From Yuukianura sp. NJ FZ-2021 (lineage: Eukaryota), in contig CM102287.1 in assembly GCA_046563655.1 (NCBI GenBank), positions 6,820,001 through 6,884,000 on the forward strand: 64,000 bases of DNA, written 5' to 3'. The translations under genes and the position numbers were made by a program. Shown piece by piece: positions 1-12,142 of this stretch (its first letter is position 1; each line of letters opens with the position of its first letter). The notes beneath the pieces are model-generated. The model saw nothing but the letters and a program-made list of their open reading frames with translations. It searched no databases and had not been told where the DNA came from.

Positions 1-419
1 ACCGCTGGATTCAGCACTTGGAAATTTCGGGATCAGGTACCAAAATTTTTTAAATTTCAAAAATAAAAAATTGTGATGGAATGAAGGCCGCTGTTTAGGG
101 TAGGGTAGGTTGTGACCTTTAGCATAGGCCAAGGCATACGTAAATATAGAATCTGTTCCTAATTTTGTGAAGGTCACCAGCTTTTAAGTTTATAACAAGT
201 GCCCTTTTTCCTGAAAACTGTGACAAGGGGATTCCCCTAAAAACGTATGCTTTGCTTAGGGGGCCCTTACCTAAGATTAGGCCGGGCTCCTTTTATTTTT
301 AGATCCGTGTTACCAAATTTTCTTTTGTTATTATGAGACTGTTTTGATGTCCTTGAAAATGTATTCCCGTAAACGTCCTTTAGGTCTGGTGACTTGGTTT
401 AAGATTTTAAGACAGAGTA

Positions 420-526
420 CCGTACATTTCCAAATGGTAAACCGTGTCCGTATGAGTACTCCTCCTTCCCTCAAAGACCAACGAGAGGATTACTATCTCC
501 GCGGGTACTTATTTGAAACTGTACGG
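420..526. mobile_element. 107-bp MITE with CCGTA termini and TA flanks (Tc1/mariner-pogo type)
   Basis: TA|CCGTACATTTCCAAATGGTAAACCG ... CGGGTACTTATTTGAAACTGTACGG|TA form imperfect TIRs. The same TIR family recurs at 50926-51318. Confidence 0.6.
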
Positions 527-2944
527 TATTGGTCTAAAAATTGGTCCTTGGAGGAAGTCCATTTTTGTACTTAAAAGGATCCCTGACTTCTTGTTGTCAA
601 CCCTGACTTCTACTTTACGATCAGCAGAAACTTAATGATTCGAGAGATAGGGCCCTTAGCCTACAAAAAGTGTGTAATTTAGACTGTAACTGATGATTTC
701 AGCCAAAAATTGAGGCAGTGGAATAGTAAATGCTGTTAGAAAGTGCAAGAATACTAATGAAAGGGAGTGTGTCTGCTCCTGTATGGTGAGATGGTTGATT
801 GGAAGATGCAGTTTCCCTTGACATGGAGCCTTGAAATGATCTACAATTTTCGTTCCTAATTCCTTGCCGCGTCTTTCCGCAATTCCGTCTTGAGAGAGAA
901 ATATATTTACTTCCCCCACTTGCTGCAAGCAATCTGCATAACGAACGTTCTGTTATCGTAGTTGCTGCACCCTCGATATTTGCCTGTGATCTTTGGACAT
1001 TGGAGGAAGATCTTACCTTGTCACGTACTAATTGTTTCAGATCGATTAATTAAAATTGATTGTGTTCCTTGCCTTGTAAAAATGCGATGTGGTTTGCACT
1101 GAAACTTTTTTGGGAGTGCTTAAAAAGTGTTTAATTGGGCACAGGGTGCGCAACACAGTTGCAATTTTTGGCGTATTTAAACTGTTTTTGAGCAGATCTC
1201 GTCTTGCACGTCTCGCCGCGTGCGTATGGGTTGACGTGCCTCCAATGTTTTTCCATAACTCGTTTTGCTAGACTAAATTTTCTGTTTGAGTTGCAAAAGT
1301 GAATGCGGATGGAAAAGGATAAGGTTGTGTTCGTGATATGATACTTTATTTTTATGTTTTGGAAATGAATGGAAACGGGACTGATTTCACTTGTTTGGCG
1401 TATTTATGATCTTGGGAAGTTATCGGTGAAAGAATCAGAAAAGAAAACATGAGCTACGGTGCTTTTTGACCATTTAACCTCTACATCAAGTGCTGTCCTA
1501 CAAGTGTGTTATCATTAAGTGCAATTTTGTGCTGCCAATTTAAGTTTATGAGCCATTATTGATTGAGGGGCGGTGAATGTACAATAATACTCGTAAAGGT
1601 GAAAGACAAGTTCAAGGAAGATGGGCGAATTCGAAATGTGTCTCTCGCATGGTATGGCACGAGCGAAAAAATTAGGTTTGCTTTGCGAAAGAGTCGAAAA
1701 TATTTTAGAATTTAAAAAAAATTTCTTTTTAACATTGGAATTGTCACAGAAGATCGTTTGTGACAATGTTAAAAATAAAATAAAATTCCAATGTTAAAAA
1801 GAGCCTACGTGTAACTTGGTGTATAACCGAACTTTTTTTCTTTTTCAAAAATGTATTTTTTTTGTTTAAAAATGTAGAGGAAAGTTATTTTGTTTGATGT
1901 GGACAGTGTGTGGTTGACTTTTCATAATTAGTGGTCAGTGTCAGTGTGTGAAGTGGGGAGTGACGGATGTTTCTGGAATTAGCAATTTGTACGTACAAAG
2001 TTAGGATGGAGGAGCGTTGTTTTAACATGGTATGTGAGGAGATGCGAATGTCTTAACGTTACGGACATGACGATGAGCAGCAACAAAGGAGTTTGACCAG
2101 GGTCAGAGGACGCGGTTAACCTTTTCTACCACGGAAGTTGTAAATTACAGTGAGCGTGTGTGTGTGTCCGTAATCCAGAAAACCAATTAACTTAACTTTA
2201 CACGATTTAAGAAGGGGAGTTCGAAGCATTATTAAATTCTGTCAGTTTCAATGGAGAATGGGGCCATTAAATCATAATTTGTAAAGTTTCCTCAACTTTA
2301 GCTGCCTTCTTGAGAAGTTTTAAGCTCCATTGATGGCCAAGCTGCTTAACAATATCAGATCCTTCTACGTCAGCACCACTGAAACAATTAACCTTCCACT
2401 TGACGCCTCATTTTGATTGTTTACCAATTTGGCCTTTTCCAGGAGACGTTGTAACAATGAGAATAACAGCCTCAAATGTATCATGTGTTCAATATGTCTG
2501 TTTCATCTTTCTCTGCACAAAACCCATAAGCTCCAAAAACTCCACAGGGCGAGATGAGAGTTGAGATGGAGAAGTTACACAAGGAGAAAAAAGATGAAAC
2601 AGACATTCTGAACACATGATATAACGGAGTTGGTTGTAATAAGCGTTAAATGGGATTAAGCCGTTATGGGAAGACTGCAATTCAATTACTGCAAAATTGC
2701 TGCAAATGCTGGAAAAGACGGATGTTTCAGAATGGAATTAATTGGTAGTTCTAAAGATTGTATCTTAACAATGTGTTATTCCTTGTGAGCAATAAGTCCT
2801 TCCAGGGTCAAAGTTTTAAGTTTCTGAGAATATGAATGAGAAAATGTAATTTTTTGTAGGTATGGGGAAGTTTTTGTAGAAGTAATTGTGGATTATAAGT
2901 AATTGAGCATTGCATGGTATATGCAACAAAGTGTGTGTAGTAGT

Positions 2945-3982
2945 CAGTGTTCCGCGGTGCTTTAAAGCAGATGCTTTTTTTGCTTGCTTTTTTTGCTTTT
3001 AAAGCAAAACCAGCAAGCATGCGCTTTTCGACTATGCTTTTTTAAATTTTGCTGTTTTTTGGTAAACAAAAACAACGTGAACGAGAGAACGCGCAGCTTC
3101 AAGGGACTCGCGGGAACTGCTTAGATTCACTCAAATTGTCAAATTTGCCAAAACCAAAGTCAAAGTTAGTGTCCCCGGTTTGTATTTAGTGTCAAAACTG
3201 ATTCAAGTGGCTGGTCCAGTGGAGTTACCAGACACTTATGGACCGTCGCTTCGCTTGTATTGTTATCAACTGTCAGTTGTGGACGGCGACTTGTATATTT
3301 TTAGATTTGGTTTGATTCATTTGCTTAAGTGACCACCCTGAAGAGCCAGGGAATTTAGTGCCTGTCGACACTGGCACAGCTAAAGCTGGCACTGGCACGA
3401 CAGACACGGAAATACACTGGTCAGTTCCCCGTCGTTCAACCGCGAATTAACTCCATTTGCGTTCCTGTTGTGCCAGTGCCAGCCTTAGTTGTGCCAGTGC
3501 CGACAGGAACTGGAAAATGGGACTACTGGTTGTAGATTGTCAGCATAAGACCCAATGTCAAACTTGTTTCGGGCATACCAAAGTGGCACTGGCACAAGGA
3601 CATGACATGTACTCAAATCAATCTATTCTCCCCACCAATCCGATCCCTCCGATTTACCAACTTGTGCCTTTCATGCCTTGATTCCATTCAATTTCGAGTT
3701 CTTCGTTGCAATTCTCACTTACACTTCACTTCTACCAATTAATTGACAAGTTAAGCAAGTGAAAGGTGTTGAAAACGATATAAACTGAAAACAAGTACAA
3801 AAGGAAAGAATCTGCCCCTCGTTCTTTCGTTTGTCCTGTACTTGTTTACCTTTCACCCCCGTCCCTCCCATTAACAGCAATTTTGCTGCTTTTAAAGCAT
3901 TAAAAGCAAAAACAGCAAAAAAAGCTATTTACAGCAAAAAGCAAAGCATCGACTTTAAAAAAGCGCTTTTTACGGAACACTG
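2945..3982. mobile_element. Non-autonomous hAT-superfamily MITE (1038 bp)
   Basis: 10-bp TIR CAGTGTTCCG/CGGAACACTG and a perfect 8-bp TSD GTAGTAGT (2937-2944, 3983-3990). Clustered TGCTTT/AAAGCA subterminal motifs at both ends, an internal ~43-bp inverted repeat (3361-3403 / 3466-3508), and no transposase ORF. Confidence 0.88.
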
Positions 3983-5053
3983 GTAGTAGTGAAGATGAGA
4001 TTTCATCCTGGTTGTTGAGTAGCCTAATTTATATGCAAGGGATGCTGTTTTACTGAAGTCTTAAAAAATGAAGATGAGAGTGAAAAGGTGAAGGAGATGC
4101 TTTGACGGCAATGAGTCTGAAGGGATAGTCCATTGTTGCAAATAATTAAACGTGGAAGTGAATTTTCAACTAACATTGCTAAGTTAAAGGATGGATGTGT
4201 TTGTGGACGAAAGGGAGCAGTCGCAGTGGTTTCATTTTGTAGGCTAATAAGTCAAGTAGATTGCCTCGTTTGCATCTGCAGATCTGTACTTATACTTACT
4301 GAAGATCTTTAGTAAGTCTGGTTATAGGAAGATGAATAAGACGAAGATTGTATCTTGTGATCAAAATCTGCTCAATGTCATCTATTGTCATCTCGAATAT
4401 GGATGTGACAGTGCCATTAAAATGCTTTTGGAATGTTTAGAAACAACCATGAGAATAATGGACGAAACAATGCTTCTTTACCTTACAACACTGGAGCATT
4501 GCATAAACCAGTTTAAATTAACAAAAAAAAATCTTTTATCTTTTAGTTTTATCTTGTCACAACTTCTAGAACCAAATTCTAACGAAAATTTTTGTCGATT
4601 GTTGCTAATGCGGATTTTTCCCATAATGGAAAGAATCCGTAAGTGGGAAGAATTTAAATATTGCAAAAAGAGTTTATACGGAAACTGCGCGTTTTCTAAC
4701 AAGAAGAAAATCAAGCTACGTGCGTCATAATTTATAACTTGATGGCGGACAATTGGAGGCAATTGGGCGAATGCGAAGTTAAAATTAGCCAAATTCTATT
4801 TTTCATTGCGTCGTCTTTTTCATAGTATTCATTGAACTGAAAGTTGTTTCGTGATTGGAGAATGGTGAGAAAGTAAAGTGTTTCCTGCTCTACATTAGAA
4901 ACTGATTGGAAAAGTTTGAGAGACATAAAAATACACTTTCTTTTTTTAAGTTTAAGAGTGGGCGTGGGAGAAAGTTGGGCCTTGTTTTCTTCACGATGCT
5001 TCATCTTTCTAGGGAATGAGGAGATCCGAGATCTTAAAGTTGAATCTGGTTGC

Positions 5054-5791
5054 CAAGGTTTCTATAGCAACGGAATAGTTCTTGCTTCATAAGGTTAAGC
5101 AATACCTCGGTTTTTATATTTTTCCTCCCAAAATTGCAAAAATGAAAGGACATCACGGCGGCTTTCGTTTCCTTGGGAATTTTTTATCCGAATTTTTTTT
5201 TATTTTTCATTTTTTTAATTCTGAGAAATGTAGAGACAATGTGCTGCAAACTTTTAGCTATGCTACTGGATCACCGCACAATGCAAATTGGTTCCCCTTT
5301 CCCAAGTTACGAATACGACCTTTCAGGAGATGAAGCTTCTGGTTCAAGTGTCTCAATCGTAGAAATGTCCTGACCCTTGCATATCGTTTCACGACACCAG
5401 CGTCGATAGTTGGAAAATCGTGAACAATCATTGACTCCAGTCGACTTATGACGCCAGGATCCTTACATACATGTCCTCCATGCACCCTTAGTCTTGCATT
5501 CACCAATCTTCACTTTGTAGTCACTGTTCAGACAGTCTGGAACTGAGCAATAATGCACCATCTTAAACTAAATGACTTAACTTGAACTGTAAACTTAACT
5601 TTAACTGTAAACTTAACTTTAACTGTCAACTTTTAATTTGATTTGATGCTAACTTTTAATTTCTTTCATCCCCAAAAAGTGATCAACAAACTTGGGTGAA
5701 ACTTGGGTGAAAAAAAAGTTTGGAGCGAGATTTTTGGAAAACAAGACTTATTGCTTAACCTTATGAAGCAGCGGTTGCTATAGAAACCTTG
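5054..5791 (-). mobile_element. Internally deleted P-superfamily (THAP transposase) DNA transposon, 738 bp
   Basis: 18-bp TIR CAAGGTTTCTATAGCAAC/GTTGCTATAGAAACCTTG, an inner 22-bp IR TGCTTCATAAGGTTAAGCAATA, and a perfect 8-bp TSD CTGGTTGC (5046-5053, 5792-5799). The minus strand encodes MVHYCSVPDCLNSDY (THAP N-terminus) abutting HGGHVCKDPGVISRL...VKRYARVRTFLRLRHLN (resembling the P-type transposase C-terminus). Confidence 0.85.
5258..5561 (-). pseudogene. Remnant P-element-like transposase (THAP start plus C-terminal tail, out of frame)
   Basis: ATG at 5561 gives the 32-aa MVHYCSVPDCLNSDYKVKIGECKTKGAWRTCM* (stop 5463-5465). A different frame (ORF 5258-5506) carries the RxRTFxRxxxLN C-terminal signature. 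The deletion junction is near 5485-5495. Confidence 0.75.
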
Positions 5792-8700
5792 CTGGTTGCT
5801 ATCGTTGCTGTTCTACTCAAGTAGTGAATCGGAAGGTTGTGAGAAGAGAGGAGATGTGCGGGCTTTTGTTCATTTTCTGAGAAAACATTCAATTTCTTTT
5901 GTGGGAGGAGAGATGAGAGAGAGATGGTTCTTGCTTTAATAGACTAGTGAAAGTACTGGGCTTTCACTTGGTGGCTCAAGGGATAAAAAGGCGGAAAAGA
6001 GAGACTGCGGAAACATATGTCGGGATATTATTGTGTACTAGAACATGGGTCCGGGGCTGTCTTTTGTCCAGGAACAGTCACTTGTTGCCGGAGCTCCAGC
6101 CAAAGGTTGCCGGTCTTATTTTAGCACTGGATCAACAGATTCTAATCTTAAATTTCGCTTTCACTCCTCCACCCGCCTTTCACTTAATCAGTTCAGCTTC
6201 AAATTACTGTTGGTTCTCATCCATTACTTCTGAAGAAATTTTGAATCTACCCGCATCAATTTCAGCTCTATTGTGCTGTTCATTTCGCCTGTTTTGAATG
6301 CAGTGAAGTGAAAAGCAAATGTAGTGCGAGCACAAGTGAAGGCAAAGAGTGTCCAGTTTCTTTTAATGTTGGAAGAATTGTTGGAAGATTTTTTGGAAAT
6401 TGAGTTTTTGGAATTCTGTGCGTGTGTGACCTACTTTGGAATTCAATGACTGTCTTCCTGAGTGAAAGTGAACAAGGAAGATCCATTACTTTTAGGTAAT
6501 AAGTCGTCTCCGTCGCCTAACCTATATGTTAGGTCTATTAAGTTTATTGCCGCAGGTCATTTCAACTGTATAATGTTATTTTATGGAACTGTCGGGTACG
6601 TAAGCATACAATTTAAAAAAAAAACCTCATCAATCTTGAAAGGAATGCACTATATATGCACTATCGCATTTTGAATCATAAAGTAAGATTCGTGTTTAGA
6701 AAACGTTGTCCACAACTACATATATACTTGTCCCTTTGGTTTTTAGCTGGAAAATTTGAATGTGGAACGGATGCAGAAATGTAATTGACAAATGAGCGAT
6801 TTACGATATTTAGTTAAGGTGGTGGAGTTAGTGTGTTCCCATTAAATTAAAGAAATTACTAAGTTTATGGTTTATTGTGGTGGTGGTGACTGGCAATGAC
6901 ACTGTGCTAGTGAAAGGTGAAGGCAGGAATTGGGGTTAACGAACTGTTAATTAATTACGGCCAGCAGATCCTAAACTATACTTTTATTACTATTTTAAGC
7001 AGCGATGGAGCAATTACTTCGCATTTCCCAAAAATTTCACCGCGGTGGTTGGTGGTTCTGAGAGCTTCTAATGCAAAACACTACGTTTATTTATTGTCCT
7101 CGATTTGAGACAAGCCTTATGCTTACGTGTTTATGAATTTGTGAAAAAAGTATTGAAACTGAGCCTAGAATTTGTGTGTAATGGGGACATTTGTTTTCCT
7201 GCTGGAAGATGATCAATTTTTATGCCTTATGGAAGCAAAAAATAAAACGACAGATTTCCATAATGAACTTTTCCTCGAAAAAATTTGTGTCAAGCGCTGC
7301 GGTTGAGGCGCCTTCTTCTACTATTTATCTGTCGTCAGTAGGTAGATTGACTACGGTGTCAACGGTTGTAGAGGTTTGGTTCGTCTCGTGTCCTGCATTT
7401 TTTCATTAAACGTTTTCTAAAAGTGGACATTTACAGTTTTGTTTTGCGATTTAAACTTTTACTTTTATAATTTGCGGCAAGATTTGTTCAAAAAGTTTGT
7501 TGAAGTGAAGTGGAAAACTTTGAAAACTAAGCGAAAAGTTAAGCAAACGTTGAAGTTTTAGATCAATCTGTTGAATAGTTGGGTTGTTCTTGTATACAGT
7601 AGTGTTGCAATGTTGAATCAGAGATTGAGAGTTTTAATTTCCTAGAACAAAGTGTTAGAAATAAACAGCATCTCCTTCACTTCCTTTTTTGTTGTGAGTT
7701 TGGAGAACAATTGACCAAGAGAGGCAAAAACAGGTAATTAATTGCACTGTTCGCGGGAAAGGTGCAAAAACAATTATTTCTACAGTGCAGCAGCATTTTG
7801 GCTTGAAGGCTCGTCATCCTAAAGGCTGTTAAAAATTCGTTCAATCCGGAAATTATTGCTTTATCCATCAAAAGTCATTGACATCTAGGAAGCATATACA
7901 AGTTGTTCATCATCCAGTAGTTAGGGAGGGATTGCAGTTTCTGAACTGTGAATCTGCATGTTTTTATTAACTAAACATGCATTTTACGTGACAATGAAAT
8001 CAGTTGCGTTTTGCGTAGAAGATTTACACTTTGCATGAACTTAGCAAGTGGATTTTGCTTCTTGGCGTCCTTCAGGTTCGTAGAGTTCCTGACTGACTGC
8101 ACGGCGTCTTCATCGTAATTTTTGTTAACTGAATGTAAAGATACTACTGGGGATGGGCACTACGTCCATATTTTTATTCAACTTTTAGTTGAATCTACTA
8201 ATATTTCTGTATAATGTGGGTTAATATTCAGCCATCGTTGGGATTGGAGTTCGAGTGAGGTTAGTGAACTCATTCTGCTTTTTCGTTTACCCCATGAGGA
8301 GTGGATCTGGGTTCAGAGTGGGACCATGGGGGTATAAGGCATTGTCTTACTAAAGTTGTTAGACAACTTCGCTCCAGTCAATATTCCAATCTGGGTTATT
8401 CGAAGATTTTTACTTGTTTTTTTCTCTTTTCAAAATTAGTAGAGTATTTTGCAAGAAACTGAATAGTTGAACCCGACACGTTGGGATCTGGGTTAATACT
8501 TTGGAATGCAAAAAAAGCTATTTGTGCCCTCCAAGAAGGTGCATTTAAAAACCTAAGCTCTCAAGTATTCCTTTACAAAACTAGCGAAAGTTGTGAGAAA
8601 GTTAAAGAGAATCCTCTAAGTGATCTGCTGTGGGTTGAAATGCTACGAGCGGTTTAAAAATATTATTTCAAAAGATAACGATACATAAGATAAGGTAAAC

Positions 8701-8831
8701 CTATCATTGATGATTCGGTTGTGGAGGAACGTTTTTAGCTTATTGAATTTGAGAAGTCTAGTGGTTTGTTCAGTTGAGTGAAAAGTGCATTTCTTTTAAC
8801 AGACGCGTCTTGTTTGATTTTTGCAGAAAAG

Positions 8832-11364
8832 ATGGGTACTGACGACTTTGATTCGCTGAGCGTGACGGACAGTGGAGTCTTCAGTGACAACGACGCATGC
8901 AGTTCCGGGAGAAGTTCACCGATTTCCTGCAAAGAGGGAATGGGAGGTCGGGATGATCGTTTTGCCATTCTGACTTACGATCAAGTACGGAGAATCGATA
9001 CAGTTTTAAATGAGGTCGTTGCTTTGGAGGGTCGTGGAAACTTCCCAGCCATCGAGGTCAAGCTCAAAGACCTCTTGAATGCTGTCAAGGAGAAGCTTTT
9101 GAAGGATGGGCTCAAAGTAAAATTTTGAAATTAAATAAAAATTCTATTTAATGAAATATTAAAATACAATTGAATTAAGTAATTTGAATGTTGTTTTTGT
9201 AGATTCGTGATGTTCGACTGAATGGTGGTGCAGCGAGTCATGCCTTGAACGAGGCAGCGGAACCGGATCCTTGCTTTCTTTGTGGCCTCAGTTACCAATC
9301 CGCAGGGGACGAAGGGCTCATGTGTTCTTGTCACGTTACCTACGAAACTCCAGTGACGAGTCGAATCGAAGTCAAAGGCTCTGGCTCTACGACAACTACC
9401 ATTCTTTCATCAGTATCTCCCCAGTCGATCCCTACATTCTTTGTCCAGAACATCAGCACTGACGCCACACAGACGTCTTCCCCGCCCGGCCTCATCAAGT
9501 CAAATGCCGAATTCTCGTACAATGATATCGATCTGATCTTTGGAATGGAGCTCTCGACGCCTAAACACTTTGAACGCGTGAAGACGGCCGTTCTGGATGT
9601 TATCCTTGATCTCCTCCCACCTCAAGTGAGATGCTAATCACTTTCTAATTTGAATTTTTATTAGTTTTGATGTATTAATTTTAATTCTTATGTTGTGTTT
9701 TTCCTGCTTTAGGTGAGTCGAGCACGCATGTCCTCTTGTGCCCTGAAGGAAGCCTACGTTTCCAAAATGGTGCGCGTTTGTGATGGTGATCGATGGTCAC
9801 TGATTGCTCTTGGAAATTGCCAAAACAATTCCTTCACACCACCAAGTTCGCCGTCGGCTGATTCCAGCGGCAGTGACGGCAAGAGTAGTCGCAGTTGTTC
9901 TGTTGAGCTCAAATTTGTTGACACGATGCGTCGGCAGTACGAATTCTCCGTTGACTCCTTCCAAGGTATTACTTGAATTGTTTTGATGTTGCTGGCGTTT
10001 GACATTTCCTAATTTTGACTTTAATTTTCAGTTATTTTGGACTCATTGTTACTGTTTTACAAGTGTGCCACAATTCCAATGTCCGCCAGGTAAGTTCAAG
10101 GCTTTTTTTTTTTGAAATGTTCGCAGTTCCTCTAAACTTATTAGTTGTCAATTGAGTTAGAAATTAAAATTATAATTTGCAGGTTCTTTCCTACCGTGAT
10201 TGGTGAATCTGTTTACGGGGACTTTGGCGAAGCTCTATTCCACCTCCATCATGGTCTAATTGCCACACATAATCCTGAAGAAATTCGGGGTGGAGGGCTA
10301 CTCAAATTTTGTAACCTGGTTGTTCGCGGTTACAGGCCGGCCGATGTGCATTCCATAGTTCCACTCCAGCGATACATGTGCTCACGATTTTTCATTCATT
10401 TCCCTGAGGTAAGTGGCCGAAAGAAGGTTAATTAACTTTTATAAGGGATTCCTTTCGTACGCAACATGGTTAACTGTTTCCGCAATTTCTTTTTCTTAGC
10501 GCATGATTGAATCAGTTAAACTGATTCAGTTTTGATAAAAATAGCACACAAATGCTTTTTGTTGAAATCGGCCCGAGTTCCAGCTACTTTTAGCGAGATT
10601 TCTGCAATTAATGTAATGTAATGGTATAATTCACTTTACCCCCCGCGGAAAACGGGTTACCCAACAGCACTCTATCAATTGCATTGTGTCGCTCTTATAT
10701 CCGCCATCCTAACACACTGCAGTTTAAAGCGAGGTGTCAATGACCTGCTAAATCAAATCTATTTTGAAATGACATTTTTCGATCTCTTTCTTGGGGTTAA
10801 ACTGATTGCTGTTCCTAGTTCGTTTAAAATGTATTAATTTTTTCAATTTTTCAGATTGAGCAACAAGAAGTCAAACTGAGGACATTTGTGGCAAATCACA
10901 TGTCTGGAGTTTCCGGAAGACTTCGGTATGCTTTCTTGGTGACACTTCATAATGTCGTTGACTCCTCAACAGTGTGTTTGATGGGACATGAGCGTCGCCT
11001 CACTCTTCAACTCATACAAAGACTTGCGTACCAGCTCTATGCCTCTGAGTAAGATTGCTACCGGCATGAATGCAAGACCAATCCAATCTAATTACAGAAG
11101 TTAATTAAAATTTTGTTATTGTGCAATAGCTTTCAAGCTGGAAAGTGTGCTGGAACTGTGTATCCAGCTACGTGCTACTACATGCCGCCACAATACAATC
11201 ACTTAACACCAAATAACAACGCTTCTCACTCGGCCAATTCCGGAAGCAGCACTGGAAAACCGAAGAAAGTGATTAGTAATTACAGCAAGGATCAGACTCC
11301 CAAGAAAACAATGCATCAGCATCATCAGCAGCATCACCATCAGTCAAGAAGCCTTCTTCACTAG
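8832..11364 (+). CDS. TENT5: Terminal nucleotidyltransferase 5 (FAM46/TENT5) non-canonical poly(A) polymerase, ~557 aa, 7 coding exons
   Basis: Exons 8832-9116, 9203-9625, 9713-9965, 10032-10089, 10183-10408, 10855-11048 and 11130-11364 join in frame via GT-AG. Motifs [73 protein letters not shown] and [11 protein letters not shown] are FAM46 hallmarks. Confidence 0.95.
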
Positions 11365-11854
11365 TTCATGCTATTAGTAACCAAGTTACAAACAACTTTC
11401 TAACTTTCCCCACTGTTCTCTTCTCTATTCCCAATATTATTAACGTGTACGTCTTATCCTAATGTCTCATGTTCAATCATCAGTCTAAATATTACCTTTT
11501 AGTTAGGCTCATTTCAACTGTAGGTCATTGAGGTGTATACTTTACTATCCAGCAGAAACGGAGGGAGGTATGAGTTGTACATAGTATTTTAGGAATTCCT
11601 CCTGTTAATTTTTAAGTACCTAAGTTTTTAAAGTAGTCGAAAATATGGACAATAGACATGCATACAAGGCTGAACTGCAAATTGAGCCTTGACTTTCACT
11701 CAATTTTCACCATGTAGGCGTCCCCTTCTATTGGATTCTCTTTTACGATTAATTTAGTAAGCTAGATACGAGGAATTAAGATGCTTAAAATTCGGGCTAT
11801 TAAGGTGTGCGAATACCCTGGAAACGGAGGGTCAAAATGCGGCTGTAACTGATC

Positions 11855-12142
11855 AAATGAAAAATCGTGGGGATCAGCATAGGAAGGTCGTACAATGACC
11901 CACAGTATATCAAACTTTAGGAAAAGACCTGATCTAGTATCCTGTTGAAAAAAAATTACAAAATTTTAGTTCTATCTATGTAAATATGGAGGTGTAATGT
12001 TTGGGTCAATTTTTTTCACAGTTAGAACTAAAATTTTCTATTTTTTTTTCAACAGGATACTAGATCAGGTCTTTTCCTAAAGTTTGATATACTGTGGGTC
12101 ATTGTACGACCTTCCTACGCTGATCCCCACGATTTTTCATTT
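11855..12142. mobile_element. Palindromic MITE / long hairpin (arms ~120 bp, ~48-nt spacer)
   Basis: 11855-11974 is the reverse complement of 12023-12142 with about 3 mismatches. No clear TSD. Confidence 0.8.
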
